Below are positions 16,854 to 26,483 of a stretch of 44,125 nucleotides of DNA, piece by piece. The stretch spans positions 1 to 44,125 of IMG/VR virus record IMGVR_UViG_3300008255_000198; one strand, given 5' to 3'. Each line of letters starts with the position of its first letter. Position 1 is the first letter of the stretch. The notes below the pieces were generated by a model, which was not told where the DNA came from, did not search any database, and was given only the letters and a program-made list of their open reading frames with translations. The translations under genes and the position numbers were made by a program. Source of the DNA: a virus (Duplodnaviria > Caudoviricetes).

Positions 16854-17178
16854 TACTAGTAACTACTCTTTATTAGTACGATAGTATGTTAGAGTACTAG
16901 TATGCCTTAGCATAGCGAAGGCCAATACGTTGTCATGGCACTAGCCGCCGTCTTAATAGCACTCCTTAGTAGTCAAGGCCAATAATAGCTATGTTAGTGT
17001 GCTAGCCTAACACTTATCTAGTGCTTCACTCTACCCTTCTGTGCTACCCAGCAACTTAGCATGGCCGGGCGGCCCCGGGGATCGCCGTCTTCGTATTTAA
17101 TAATGGAGACAGGATTCTATTTCCTATATCCATATCAATTCCTCATCTTTTCTCTCTTCGACCCTTCGGGCCGAAGCA

Positions 17179-17248
17179 GGGCTTGGATAATTATTCGGGC
17201 TTGGATAATTATTCGGTCCGAGTAATTATCCGGGCCGGATAATTATTC
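17179..17248. repeat. Array of four 17-18-bp units with a GGATAATTAYTCGG core
   Basis: GGGCTTGGATAATTATTC x2, one inverted unit, then GGGCCGGATAATTATTC. Confidence 0.85.
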
Positions 17249-17273
17249 GGCGTGTATAATTATTTTACACGGT
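17249..17273. promoter_or_regulatory. Dispersed palindrome copy 6
   Basis: GGCGTGTATAATTATTTTACACGGT. Confidence 0.88.
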
Positions 17274-17366
17274 CGTAGATCTTGGCCGAACTTGGCAGGC
17301 AAGCTAGATTTTGGCCGCAAGGGAGTGAGGTCGATTTTTGGTAGCAAGAGTGAGCAAAAATAATAC

Positions 17367-17396
17367 TTGACAACCGGCCATCATATGTGATATAAT
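17367..17396 (+). promoter_or_regulatory. Sigma70-type promoter (rightward, structural arm)
   Basis: TTGACA-18 nt-TATAAT with extended -10 TG. Confidence 0.85.
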
Positions 17397-17401
17397 ATAT
17401 A

Positions 17402-18193
17402 GTGAAAGGGATTATTAGCATGAACGGCAACTCTAGCTCCAGGATAACGCCCACGACGACGACGACGACTGGAACGGCTTTGCCGACGATGGTGACAGTA
17501 AGTCCCATTACTGGAATTGATTACCTAGCTGCTGCCCGTGCTCCGCGTGATAATAGGCGGCGTCCAGTAGGTAAGCGTCGCTATGAGATTAAGGATATCC
17601 AGCACCGCCATCGTGAGATTATTCGGATGAGCCTAGCTGGAATGAAGAATGTGGCCATTGCAGCCACTTTAGGTATTACTCCACAAAATGTTTGTGATGC
17701 ACTTCGTAGTCAACCTATCGTAGAGGAGATGGCAAAACTACAAGAGAAGGCAGATGAAAGGGCCATTGACTTCCATAAAGAGATCAAGAGGTTAGTGCCG
17801 AAGGCACTGGAGACACATGAGGAGATATTAACGGAACGGCGTATTACTGATAAGGGAAACGAAGTATACCGATATGATGCTCCAGTCCGGCAACGTAGCG
17901 CAGACCGTATTTTAGACAGCGCGGGGCTAGGTCGGATTCAACGAATTCAAGGTGAGGTTGTTCATGGTTTCCTAAGTCATGATGATATTGAGGTTATTAA
18001 AAAGCGTGCTATTAGCCGTGTGATTGATATTACGCCGTCTCCGCCGTCTTCCGAGACGGGGAAGGCGGAGCCTTTGCCAGCTCCAGCGGAGTATTCCGCC
18101 GAGACGGAGCCTGAGACGGCGGAGCCCTCGCCAACTCCGGCGGATTCTGAGACGGCGAAGTGTTACGGAACGGCGGTAGCGAACCGTGTATAA
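17402..18193 (+). CDS. terS: Probable terminase small subunit (HTH)
   Basis: HTH-like RHREIIRMSLAGMKNVAIAATLGITPQNV; SADRILDSAG; first gene of the structural arm. Confidence 0.7.
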   Translation: MKGIISMNGNSSSRITPTTTTTTGTALPTMVTVSPITGIDYLAAARAPRDNRRRPVGKRRYEIKDIQHRHREIIRMSLAGMKNVAIAATLGITPQNVCDALRSQPIVEEMAKLQEKADERAIDFHKEIKRLVPKALETHEEILTERRITDKGNEVYRYDAPVRQRSADRILDSAGLGRIQRIQGEVVHGFLSHDDIEVIKKRAISRVIDITPSPPSSETGKAEPLPAPAEYSAETEPETAEPSPTPADSETAKCYGTAVANRV

Positions 18194-18207
18194 TTATTGT
18201 ACACGCC
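18183..18207. promoter_or_regulatory. Dispersed palindrome copy 7 (contains the terS stop)
   Basis: ACCGTGTATAATTATTGTACACGCC. Confidence 0.9.
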
Positions 18208-18281
18208 TAGAAAGAATTAGCGCGTGCTAATACTAACAAACCAATTTAGCGGCAGCTGCCGGCGCTAGGAGGTAATTCGGA

Positions 18282-19337
18282 ATGGCCTTCCCGACTGGCT
18301 GGGCTTATTACGAAGTAATCACTTTACCCGCCGTCTCAGGGATGTCGGTGGATGCCGTTCTGTCGAATTTCCCTTTCCCGATTACCAACTTATCGGCAGC
18401 GGTCTATGCGAATGCGCGGAGCGATGGGGGCGATATCCGCTTTACCACGGCAGATGGAGTGACGGAAATTCCGGTGGAGATCGTCAGTTTTGACGCGGTT
18501 GGGAACACTGCCGAAATCTGGATTAAGGCTCCGACTGTAAGTCAGGCCACGACCAACGATGTCCGTGTGTATTACGGGGCACCCAGCGAAACCATGCCTC
18601 CTGCAAACAGCACCTACGGTAGCCAGAATGTGTGGGATGCTAATTTTAAGGGTGTCTATCACCTCGGTGAGGCGGTCAATAATGTTGCCGATGGGTATAA
18701 AGATAGCACTGCGAACGCTAACCACATGACGGGTTATAGTATGTCAATTGCCGCTTCGGTAGGTAAAATTGGGTATGCACAGAATTTCGATGGGGTTTCA
18801 AGTTACTTAGAGCGTTTAACACCACTAGTCACCGCAGCGCCGCTGACGTTTTCCGCGTGGTCACTTGTTCATTTAGCTGGACTTGGAGCTATAGTTGCAA
18901 CTACTGCTACGGATGGTGGTGAGAGTTTTCTGCTTTATACTGATACTGATAATATATATAGGTATCTAACACGTGCAGTAGACATTTCTACGTCCGCTGT
19001 TTGTAGTTCCGCTTTTACTATCGATACTTGGCATCATGTAGCAGGTAAATCTGAAGCTGCTAATTCCCGTTCTGTGCTAATGGATGGTGCAAACAAAGGC
19101 CTTGATACTGTAAGTAAAGTACCTGGAGCGATGGATAGTACTCACATTGGAAGGTGGAGTAGTGCTGATAGTTATCCGTTTAATGGTAGTATTGATGAAG
19201 TCCGAATTTCCAATATTGCTCGTTCCGACGACTGGCTCTACGCTGAATATTGGACCGCTGCGAACCAGACCGCGATAACTCCCGGCCGTGTATCGTTGTT
19301 GTCTGGGTTACTAACACGTAGAAAGTTGGTGGCATAA
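18282..19337 (+). CDS. DUF2341 + LamG/ConA-like lectin domain protein (putative receptor-binding)
   Basis: DGGDIRFT..EI..IWIK..VYYG; WHHVA..FNGSIDEVRISNIARS. Confidence 0.85.
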   Translation: MAFPTGWAYYEVITLPAVSGMSVDAVLSNFPFPITNLSAAVYANARSDGGDIRFTTADGVTEIPVEIVSFDAVGNTAEIWIKAPTVSQATTNDVRVYYGAPSETMPPANSTYGSQNVWDANFKGVYHLGEAVNNVADGYKDSTANANHMTGYSMSIAASVGKIGYAQNFDGVSSYLERLTPLVTAAPLTFSAWSLVHLAGLGAIVATTATDGGESFLLYTDTDNIYRYLTRAVDISTSAVCSSAFTIDTWHHVAGKSEAANSRSVLMDGANKGLDTVSKVPGAMDSTHIGRWSSADSYPFNGSIDEVRISNIARSDDWLYAEYWTAANQTAITPGRVSLLSGLLTRRKLVA

Positions 19338-20746
19338 TGTATCCTATCTATTATCCGGTGGAAGGCGACACGTTACCGATTCTATTTTCAACCTATGCCG
19401 CGGCGACCGGTGCATCGATCACCATGACCGGACTCGCCGTGACGGACATTGAAATCTATAAAGATGGTGACGTTGTACAACGGGCATCCGATGCGGGGTA
19501 TACGCTGCTCGATACTGATGGAATTGATATTGATGGAATCACTGGTATTCACGGATTCAGTATCAATCTGGCCGACAACACGGATGCAGGTTTTTTCACG
19601 GTGGGTCCGTGGTATCACGTGGTCGTATCGGCAATTACCGTTGATAGTCAAACCGTGAATTTCATTGCTGCGGCATTCCGTATCTTGGCTGCAACTCGCG
19701 GTATGGCTGGCACGGCATTACCTGATGCGGCGGCGAACGCGGCAGGTGGACTGCCTATTAGTACTGCGGGTGGTCTAAATCTAGATGCTCAAATTGGAGC
19801 GGATATCGATGCGATTCTTGTAGATACCGCCGAGATTGGCGTAGCCGGTGCCGGGTTGACCAATATCAATCTTCCCGACCAGACGATGAATATCACCGGA
19901 AACATTATCGGAAGCGTTTCTAAAGTTTTGTCACAGTATATCCTGGAAACAACGGTAGTTACCCGAACTACGAACGCCATTTTTACTATAGCTGACGGAA
20001 TGTTGATAGATAATATCTATACGGATTGCGTTATAGCTATACAGGATGTAACCGATTCCCATTGGGAAATGAAACGCATAAATTCCTATGTAGGCGCAAC
20101 AAGGACGATCTATTTACAATTCAGCGTTGGGTTTACCATAGCTACCGGCGATGTGGTGCGAATACTACAAACTAGCTATAACCGGGTAATGGTAACTACT
20201 TTGAGAGCAGATGTTATCACCGCCGCGGCATTCGACGAGTCCACGGCGTTCCCGTTGAAGTCGGCTGATACTGGGGCCACACAGATAGCGAGAGTCGGCG
20301 CGGATGCGGATACGCTCAAAACACTGAGCGATCAGTTGGACACCGTTAAAACCGATACCGCCGCCGTTCTCGTGGATACCGCCGAGTTGCAGACAGACTT
20401 GACCGACGGCGGCAGACTCGATTTGCTTATTGACGCGATCAAAGTCATTACCGATGCGCTGGGTGCTACCGCAGCCGCACGGTTGGCATTGTCGGCAGGT
20501 ACGATGGTGCCGGGGACCAACGACAATACGGCGTTCACGGCTACGCCTACGGCTTTTGAGGCGGACGATATCACGGAAGCGACCCCCAATCATTTCCTCG
20601 GACGCACCGTGATTTGGACTTCGGGCGCATTGAAGGACCAGAAAGCCGAGATTACAGCTTACTCGAAAGTGGGCGCTAATGGACATTTTGTGGTGGAAAG
20701 CATGACCGAAAGTCCCGCCGATAACGACACGTTTATCATCGTATAG
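19337..20746 (+). CDS. Putative tail fibre/virion structural protein
   Basis: 469 aa, Thr/Ala/Asp-rich, coupled to the LamG gene. Confidence 0.7.
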   Translation: MYPIYYPVEGDTLPILFSTYAAATGASITMTGLAVTDIEIYKDGDVVQRASDAGYTLLDTDGIDIDGITGIHGFSINLADNTDAGFFTVGPWYHVVVSAITVDSQTVNFIAAAFRILAATRGMAGTALPDAAANAAGGLPISTAGGLNLDAQIGADIDAILVDTAEIGVAGAGLTNINLPDQTMNITGNIIGSVSKVLSQYILETTVVTRTTNAIFTIADGMLIDNIYTDCVIAIQDVTDSHWEMKRINSYVGATRTIYLQFSVGFTIATGDVVRILQTSYNRVMVTTLRADVITAAAFDESTAFPLKSADTGATQIARVGADADTLKTLSDQLDTVKTDTAAVLVDTAELQTDLTDGGRLDLLIDAIKVITDALGATAAARLALSAGTMVPGTNDNTAFTATPTAFEADDITEATPNHFLGRTVIWTSGALKDQKAEITAYSKVGANGHFVVESMTESPADNDTFIIV

Positions 20747-20754
20747 GGAATTGT

Positions 20755-20919
20755 ATGGCTAAGGTATCGACCAGAGCGACGACGTTAGGACTTTCGGGCA
20801 CACCCAGAACTCAGTGGCCGGCAGCTACTGGGCGTGTGCCAGTCGATGCTGGTAAGATAATTATCCAAGGTAGAATTGGTGATGTTCTACCCCAAGGTAT
20901 AGTATATGGGAGGATATAA
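20755..20919 (+). CDS. Small protein, 54 aa (MAKVSTRATTLGLSG...), below the ORF-track cutoff
   Basis: Manual translation; fills the gap exactly. Confidence 0.6.
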   Translation: MAKVSTRATTLGLSGTPRTQWPAATGRVPVDAGKIIIQGRIGDVLPQGIVYGRI

Positions 20920-20922
20920 GTT

Positions 20923-21243
20923 ATGAATAATGCAATTTATCCTGGTGTTACAGGAATTACCTTTACACAGACCGGTACTGATGTAGCACAAGCTGTTCCG
21001 GCGGCTAACCTAATAAGCGCTGCTGGTGCGCATTGTCTTGGTGCTTACATCAGCGTGGTGGGTAATGACCTTAACGTTGCTTTTGGTGGTGCTGTTCCAA
21101 CACAGGCAGATACCGGTCCGCATCATACGCTTTCTGCTGGTAGTAGCCTCTTTATATCTAGTTGGGGTTCTATTAAAGGTATGCAATTTATTAACGCCGC
21201 TAATACTTTAGTGGGTTACTTAAAGGTAACCCCTGTATTTTAG
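20923..21243 (+). CDS. Small beta-rich putative virion protein
   Basis: GGAGG SD, 106 aa. Confidence 0.75.
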   Translation: MNNAIYPGVTGITFTQTGTDVAQAVPAANLISAAGAHCLGAYISVVGNDLNVAFGGAVPTQADTGPHHTLSAGSSLFISSWGSIKGMQFINAANTLVGYLKVTPVF

Positions 21244-21261
21244 GTTGTGATTGAGGTGACT

Positions 21262-21789
21262 ATGTCTATTTATAGTGCCTATTTCAACTACGCTGTTGAG
21301 AGAACTCTTGGGATTGAGGGTGGCTATGTTGATGATGGCGTAGACCGTGGCGGACCTACTAATCTAGGTATTACGCAAGCCGAGGCACTACGCCATGGTA
21401 TAGCTGATGTGAGGGCTATAACTAGAGATCAGGCTATTCAAATATATTATCAGGACTATTGGCTCGTATGTAACCTCGATGAGATAGGGTCACGGTCTGT
21501 AACGGCGGAGTTGTTTGACACCGCAGTCAATTGTGGTATCGTTATCACCGGTAAGAATTTGCAAGAAGCCTTCAATGTACTGTTTAGCCCTCCTGAGCCA
21601 GCACTAAAGATTGATGGTAAGATCGGTCCTAAGACTATAACTGCCACTAATTTCCAACTTCCACGCTATGAGATGGCATTATGGAAGGCCTGTAATGGTG
21701 AGCAATACATCCATTATAAAAACCTAAAGATAAGCAATCCAGGCTATGCCAGCCGTTATATTAGAGGCTGGTCAGCAAATAGGCTTTGA
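21262..21789 (+). CDS. Endolysin, glycoside hydrolase family 108
   Basis: EGGYVDD..DRGGPTNLGIT, FDTAVNCG, DGKIGPKT, C-terminal GW..RL. Confidence 0.92.
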   Translation: MSIYSAYFNYAVERTLGIEGGYVDDGVDRGGPTNLGITQAEALRHGIADVRAITRDQAIQIYYQDYWLVCNLDEIGSRSVTAELFDTAVNCGIVITGKNLQEAFNVLFSPPEPALKIDGKIGPKTITATNFQLPRYEMALWKACNGEQYIHYKNLKISNPGYASRYIRGWSANRL

Positions 21790-21957
21790 TATGAGAAAAC
21801 TACAAAGACTGAGTTCCACGATGACGGTGAGTCTGATTGGCAGGTAGCTATGCCACTCTCTAAGACATGGCATTTTCCGATCTACGAGATGACAATCCGT
21901 GTGTTGCGAGACCTATTCGAGTGGTTGATAAATTGGCGATTTGCTAAGGAGTGAAAG

Positions 21958-22662
21958 ATGAGTGCGAGACCGCCTAAATTCAAACCAGGAGAATCGGCCC
22001 GTGATTATCTTCGGAAGAAACAAGATGCCTCCAACCCATTGCCCCGACCCGGAGGCGCAGTGGAAACGGGAACGGCAGGAAGCGGACCAGGAGCGAGTAG
22101 CGTTGAACCAGCCGGGAGCGGGACTCCGCTGGTGGACCATACCGTTCCTGCGCCTCCCTATCCCAGTAGGGTTCCGGCTAGGAGCGGGGTGGACAATACC
22201 ACTGCCCGTGAGGAAAATGCCATTCAAGCTGCCGCCACGGCCGGGGACACGGCGATGGGACTCGGAGTCCGGGACGTTCCAGGACCGGGATTGACGCGGA
22301 AACAGCAATTCATCCGGTTCGCTTCGTCTATTGCGGGACGGGTATTGGCAAAGCGGATGACGAAGACGGCGGACGCGGAGAAAAAGATTGCGGTTACGAC
22401 CGCGACAGGGAAGGGCGTCAAACAATCGATAGTCAGCACGGGTGTGTTGGTGGCGGTATTGGGAGCAGTGCGGGGGTTTGCGCCGGATTATCTGTGGGAC
22501 CCGGAAATGGACGCGGAGATGGTCAACCGCCTCAGCGATGCGCTGGACGCGATTGTGGGCGCGGTGGCGGCGGTGTCGTTTCTATGGGGTGTGGCCAGCA
22601 ACATCTGGAAACATCGGGCGATGGTGAAGAACGGGGTGAGTTTGAAGGAGCAGCGTAAATGA
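21958..22662 (+). CDS. Membrane protein, possible holin
   Basis: Two C-terminal hydrophobic helices; follows the endolysin. Confidence 0.55.
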   Translation: MSARPPKFKPGESARDYLRKKQDASNPLPRPGGAVETGTAGSGPGASSVEPAGSGTPLVDHTVPAPPYPSRVPARSGVDNTTAREENAIQAAATAGDTAMGLGVRDVPGPGLTRKQQFIRFASSIAGRVLAKRMTKTADAEKKIAVTTATGKGVKQSIVSTGVLVAVLGAVRGFAPDYLWDPEMDAEMVNRLSDALDAIVGAVAAVSFLWGVASNIWKHRAMVKNGVSLKEQRK

Positions 22663-22693
22663 GTTGGTTTACTAACAACGGAGGACCACTAAA

Positions 22694-23047
22694 ATGAAGC
22701 TGATAGTAACCGTCGTAACTGTGATTGCCGTCATGCTCATGGCGGGGCTCACAGCGGGGTGTACCATCACTGGACCAAAAGGGACTTACTCACTGGGGAT
22801 CAATGGGGAGCAGATAGGGTTTGCACGCGATCTGTTTGCACAACTTGGTAATATCTACCAAGAAATCGAAACTCAGAAGGCTGCACTTGAAGAGGCTAAT
22901 AAACAAGGTAAAACTGACCGAGTAGCTTCTATCCTTGATAAGCTAAACAACTTATACAAGAAGAAAAGCGCACTAGCTGGTAAGGTACAGGAAAAGGTTG
23001 ATATTGCAGAAGAGGTACTTGTACCTGAGGAGCCACATAGTGAGTAG
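22694..23047 (+). CDS. Lipoprotein with coiled coil (possible spanin component)
   Basis: Signal peptide with lipobox LTAGC; GGAGG SD. Confidence 0.65.
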   Translation: MKLIVTVVTVIAVMLMAGLTAGCTITGPKGTYSLGINGEQIGFARDLFAQLGNIYQEIETQKAALEEANKQGKTDRVASILDKLNNLYKKKSALAGKVQEKVDIAEEVLVPEEPHSE

Positions 23048-23282
23048 TACTGGGCTAAAAATATTTTTTAGCGTGTGGTATAGTAAGGTTATATTACCAG
23101 TAATAGCTGCTATACTTATTGCTGGTACATTATTTCTTATGTCTATGCCCTACCGTGCCCAAACTAATACTATTACTAGGATTGAAAAGTTAGAGAATAG
23201 TGTCCAAGCCACCGAGATTCGTTTAAAGGGTATTGAGACAAATGTGGAGTGGATGGTCCGCCAAATGGGTGGCAATCCGTAG
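23040..23282 (+). CDS. Small single-TM coiled-coil protein
   Basis: GTG start with GAGGAG SD; hydrophobic helix. Confidence 0.65.
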   Translation: MSSTGLKIFFSVWYSKVILPVIAAILIAGTLFLMSMPYRAQTNTITRIEKLENSVQATEIRLKGIETNVEWMVRQMGGNP

Positions 23283-23283
23283 T

Positions 23284-23610
23284 ATGCTAGAGCGTAAACT
23301 ATACACTGAACCGGAGTCTAAGTCAATCCTTAGTGCTTTGTCTGTTATCCAGGCTGAGGTCGAAAGGGCCACTCTAGTTGTTGCCCCCCCTTCAACAAAT
23401 ACACAACTTAGCCCCACCCAACAAATGCTAAGTGGTGTAACGGCTGACTTTCGACCTCAGCCTTATCAAGAAGATGAGGTGTTGGCTCTGATTGTTAGGA
23501 TGAAGAAATATGCGGACCGGGAATCTAGGATGCAAAAGTTAAGTGAGCGTACTAACAGTGTTATTGCTAGGTTGACCCAACTTGTTAGCATAATGTTTGG
23601 AGGCGTGTAA
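23284..23610 (+). CDS. Hypothetical protein
   Basis: ATG immediately after the upstream stop. Confidence 0.65.
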   Translation: MLERKLYTEPESKSILSALSVIQAEVERATLVVAPPSTNTQLSPTQQMLSGVTADFRPQPYQEDEVLALIVRMKKYADRESRMQKLSERTNSVIARLTQLVSIMFGGV

Positions 23611-23626
23611 AATAATTGTACACGGT
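23602..23626. promoter_or_regulatory. Dispersed palindrome copy 8 (contains a stop codon; just before terL)
   Basis: GGCGTGTAAAATAATTGTACACGGT. Confidence 0.9.
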
Positions 23627-23634
23627 AGCGACGG

Positions 23635-25149
23635 ATGAATGAGATAGCCATAAGAGAAGCGGTCCAGGAAGACCCAGAGCTACAAGCAACGCTTGAAAAT
23701 TTTTACCTAAAAAGCGGTGTCTGGTGTAGCAGCGTATTCCCTGAGCGGTTCTATAGGCCATTTTCTCCTAAACACCAAGAACTATTTGATGTGTTGGATA
23801 ATCGCTCTATCCAGAAGGTTCTAGTGGTGTGCTTCCGTGGTTTTGGTAAAAGCTCTATTGTACAACTAGGTCTACCTAGTCGTGGTATCTGCTTTCAAGA
23901 GAATAAATTTATTATGCCTGTAAGTGCTAGTAATACTTCCGCTGTAATGCAGGGGGAGAACCTAAAAAGCAAGTTAACAAATAATAAAACTATCCGCGAA
24001 TTTTTTGGCCCTATGCGTAGTGATGTATTTGCTAAGGATATGTGGATTACTAATAATGGAACTGTTGTATTTCCGCGGGGTGCGCAGCAGCAGGTACGTT
24101 CGAGTTTAGTAGGTGATTCCCGTCCAGACCTTATTATTGTAGACGACCTTGAAGATAAAGAGGGTGTTCGTAATGAGGAGCAACGTGCTAAGCTAAAGGA
24201 GTGGTTCTTTTCTGATTTAGTTGGCTGTGTAGATGCGGGGCTTTCAAACTGGCGTATTATAATGATTGGTACATTGCTACATGAGGATTCTCTACTGGCT
24301 AATCTTTATGAGGATCCAGAATGGGTTAAGGTTAATATTCCCCTCTGTGATGATAATTATAATAGCTATTGGCCTGAATTTATGACCACTGAGCAGGTTA
24401 AAAAGATGGTAGAGAGTTTCCGCCATCAGAATGTGATAGATGAGTTTTACCGTGAGTATTTAAATAAGTGTACTGGTCTAGAAACCCAGTGTTTTAGCTC
24501 CGCTATGTTCAAGTATTACGATGAGGCCCATGAGAATCTAGGCCGCCAGCAATATGTAGTTAATATGGTACTTGTAGATCCTGCTAAGACTACTAGTCCT
24601 ACTGCCGATGATAGTGCTATAGTTGGTATAGCATTCAATTCGATGCAGCAGAAGTTGTTTGTCCGCGATGTTATAGCTGGCCATTTCACTCAGGATCAGT
24701 TATATGACCAAGTATTTGCTATGTGCCATCGTCTTGGGGCCACTACGATTGGTGTAGAAGTTACTACTTTACATGACTTTATTATTTATCCATTAAAGAA
24801 TGAGATAAGCCGCCGTGGTCTTAACATTTCTATAGAGGAACTTAAAGCAAAAGGGCATAAGTCTGACCGTATTAGGTCCCTTATCCCATTCTATCGTCGT
24901 GGTCTAATTTATCATAATAAAGGAGTCAGTGGTGCCTTAGAGGCCCAGCTTGTTACTTTTCCTTATAGTAAGCATGATGATATTATGGATGCTTTGGCTT
25001 ATGCCGTTCCTTTGTTAGATGCTGGTGATATGACCATGCTACCAACAAGTACGGAGTATGATTATATGCACGGTGATGCTGTTGAGGATGAGTACCGTGA
25101 GCTTGATGATGAGGATGAATTAGATTTACGGCTATATAGCCGGGTATAG
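23635..25149 (+). CDS. terL: Terminase large subunit
   Basis: Walker A FRGFGKS, Walker B IIVDDLE, IGT, nuclease VDPA...HDDIMDA. Confidence 0.93.
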   Translation: MNEIAIREAVQEDPELQATLENFYLKSGVWCSSVFPERFYRPFSPKHQELFDVLDNRSIQKVLVVCFRGFGKSSIVQLGLPSRGICFQENKFIMPVSASNTSAVMQGENLKSKLTNNKTIREFFGPMRSDVFAKDMWITNNGTVVFPRGAQQQVRSSLVGDSRPDLIIVDDLEDKEGVRNEEQRAKLKEWFFSDLVGCVDAGLSNWRIIMIGTLLHEDSLLANLYEDPEWVKVNIPLCDDNYNSYWPEFMTTEQVKKMVESFRHQNVIDEFYREYLNKCTGLETQCFSSAMFKYYDEAHENLGRQQYVVNMVLVDPAKTTSPTADDSAIVGIAFNSMQQKLFVRDVIAGHFTQDQLYDQVFAMCHRLGATTIGVEVTTLHDFIIYPLKNEISRRGLNISIEELKAKGHKSDRIRSLIPFYRRGLIYHNKGVSGALEAQLVTFPYSKHDDIMDALAYAVPLLDAGDMTMLPTSTEYDYMHGDAVEDEYRELDDEDELDLRLYSRV

Positions 25150-25157
25150 GAACTAAT

Positions 25158-25685
25158 ATGGCTATTGTTTATACATTTGCGGAACGTGATATTATACTAT
25201 TAGAACTGGCTAAAACTATAAACCACCTACGGTTATCTAATCGCAGCTTGGAAAAGTACCGTAAGGTGCTAGCCGAATCCGTAGCACCTGAGGAACCTTG
25301 GGTTGGTGTTGAGCTTAACATGGTAGCACAACTCGCTCCGATGGATTATGCTCGGGATAGGCTAGTAGAAATATTAACAGATATAACCTTTACCTATGAT
25401 AATGAGCTTTATCCTTTAAGTATTCGTGACTTTAGTAGTGTTGCGGTGGATGTGGATGACGGTACTGGTAAGGCTGTTTTGACCGCTAATGGCGGTACTC
25501 CGTTTGAGGTCTTTGATGCTGCGGATGTTATAGAAATAAGTAATGCAGAGTCTAGTCTACATAACGGCACCTATACTGTTTTTAGTACCGCAGATCTTGG
25601 TGCTATTATGACCCTAACTACGGTATTACCTGGTAGCGATAATGCCGCTGATACTAGAATGCATATAACCTTAAAGGCTAGATGA
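25158..25685 (+). CDS. Putative virion protein
   Basis: 175 aa with HNGTYTV beta-rich C-terminus. Confidence 0.75.
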   Translation: MAIVYTFAERDIILLELAKTINHLRLSNRSLEKYRKVLAESVAPEEPWVGVELNMVAQLAPMDYARDRLVEILTDITFTYDNELYPLSIRDFSSVAVDVDDGTGKAVLTANGGTPFEVFDAADVIEISNAESSLHNGTYTVFSTADLGAIMTLTTVLPGSDNAADTRMHITLKAR

Positions 25686-25686
25686 G

Positions 25687-26304
25687 ATGGCCGAAGTAAG
25701 AATTTCTATAGGTGGTCTTGAAGACATTGTGGTCTATGACGATGCTGATACCTATTCTGATGGTGTTACTCTTGTAAAAGCCTTCCGTATTTTAGGTGGT
25801 GGTGGTGCTGGCTTTGATAATGAAGGTGGTTTCATCCGAGGTCCAGTAAAGTTTGATAATAATGTACCTATTCAGTGGGACACGGTGGCGGGTGGTTATG
25901 CCACAATGATATTGTTGGATGCTACCGATGACCTTATAATTGGTAATAGTAATGCCTCTATCGGTGCTGATGTTATCCGGTTTGATGTAAAGAACTCTGC
26001 TAATGTGTTGGTGTTAGATTCTGGAGGTATGACTATATTAGATGGTAAGAGTATAGTCCTTGGCACCTCCATCGGTGCAAAGATTGGCACCGCCACTACA
26101 CAGAAGTTAGGCTTTTGGAACGCCACACCGGTTATTCAACCCGCTAGTGCCAATCAGGTTGCAGTTACCCTAGATGTTGATGTGACGGGAACCGATACAG
26201 TAGATAAGGTAGCCATTGATGCTAACTTTTCTAGCGTTCAAACCTTATTAAATCAGCTTCGGGCTGACCTTGTCGCTACTGGTATAATAAAAGGAGCCGC
26301 ATAA
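25687..26304 (+). CDS. Putative head/tail fibre-like protein
   Basis: KLGFWNATPVIQP...LVATGII C-terminus typical of fibre/decoration proteins. Confidence 0.7.
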   Translation: MAEVRISIGGLEDIVVYDDADTYSDGVTLVKAFRILGGGGAGFDNEGGFIRGPVKFDNNVPIQWDTVAGGYATMILLDATDDLIIGNSNASIGADVIRFDVKNSANVLVLDSGGMTILDGKSIVLGTSIGAKIGTATTQKLGFWNATPVIQPASANQVAVTLDVDVTGTDTVDKVAIDANFSSVQTLLNQLRADLVATGIIKGAA

Positions 26305-26483
26305 TGGGTGGTAACGGAACTGTAGGTACTATCAGTATTGACACTGCTTGGCGTAATATAGTTAACATTATTAGTATGGCTCAACTTAACCGCCAGACTT
26401 GGCAGACTATAGAAACCTCCCTATCTATAGTAGAGGCTGCACTGTTCGGAGATAAGAATGCCTCCACATCTACCACAAAATAG
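26304..26483 (+). CDS. Small protein, 59 aa (MGGNGTVG...)
   Basis: Manual translation; AAGGAG SD and TAATG coupling. Confidence 0.6.
   Translation: MGGNGTVGTISIDTAWRNIVNIISMAQLNRQTWQTIETSLSIVEAALFGDKNASTSTTK

Noticed and set aside
17179-17273. CRISPR mini-array
   Set aside because: Units are contiguous with no unique spacers; the Cas4-like nuclease sits in a recombination module
18282-20746. Diversity-generating retroelement target
   Set aside because: No reverse transcriptase and no template/variable repeat pair seen
22217-22294. Second nested ORF MPFKLPPRPG... inside the holin-like gene
   Set aside because: Only 25 aa, short SD spacing and no recognisable motif beyond the first residues
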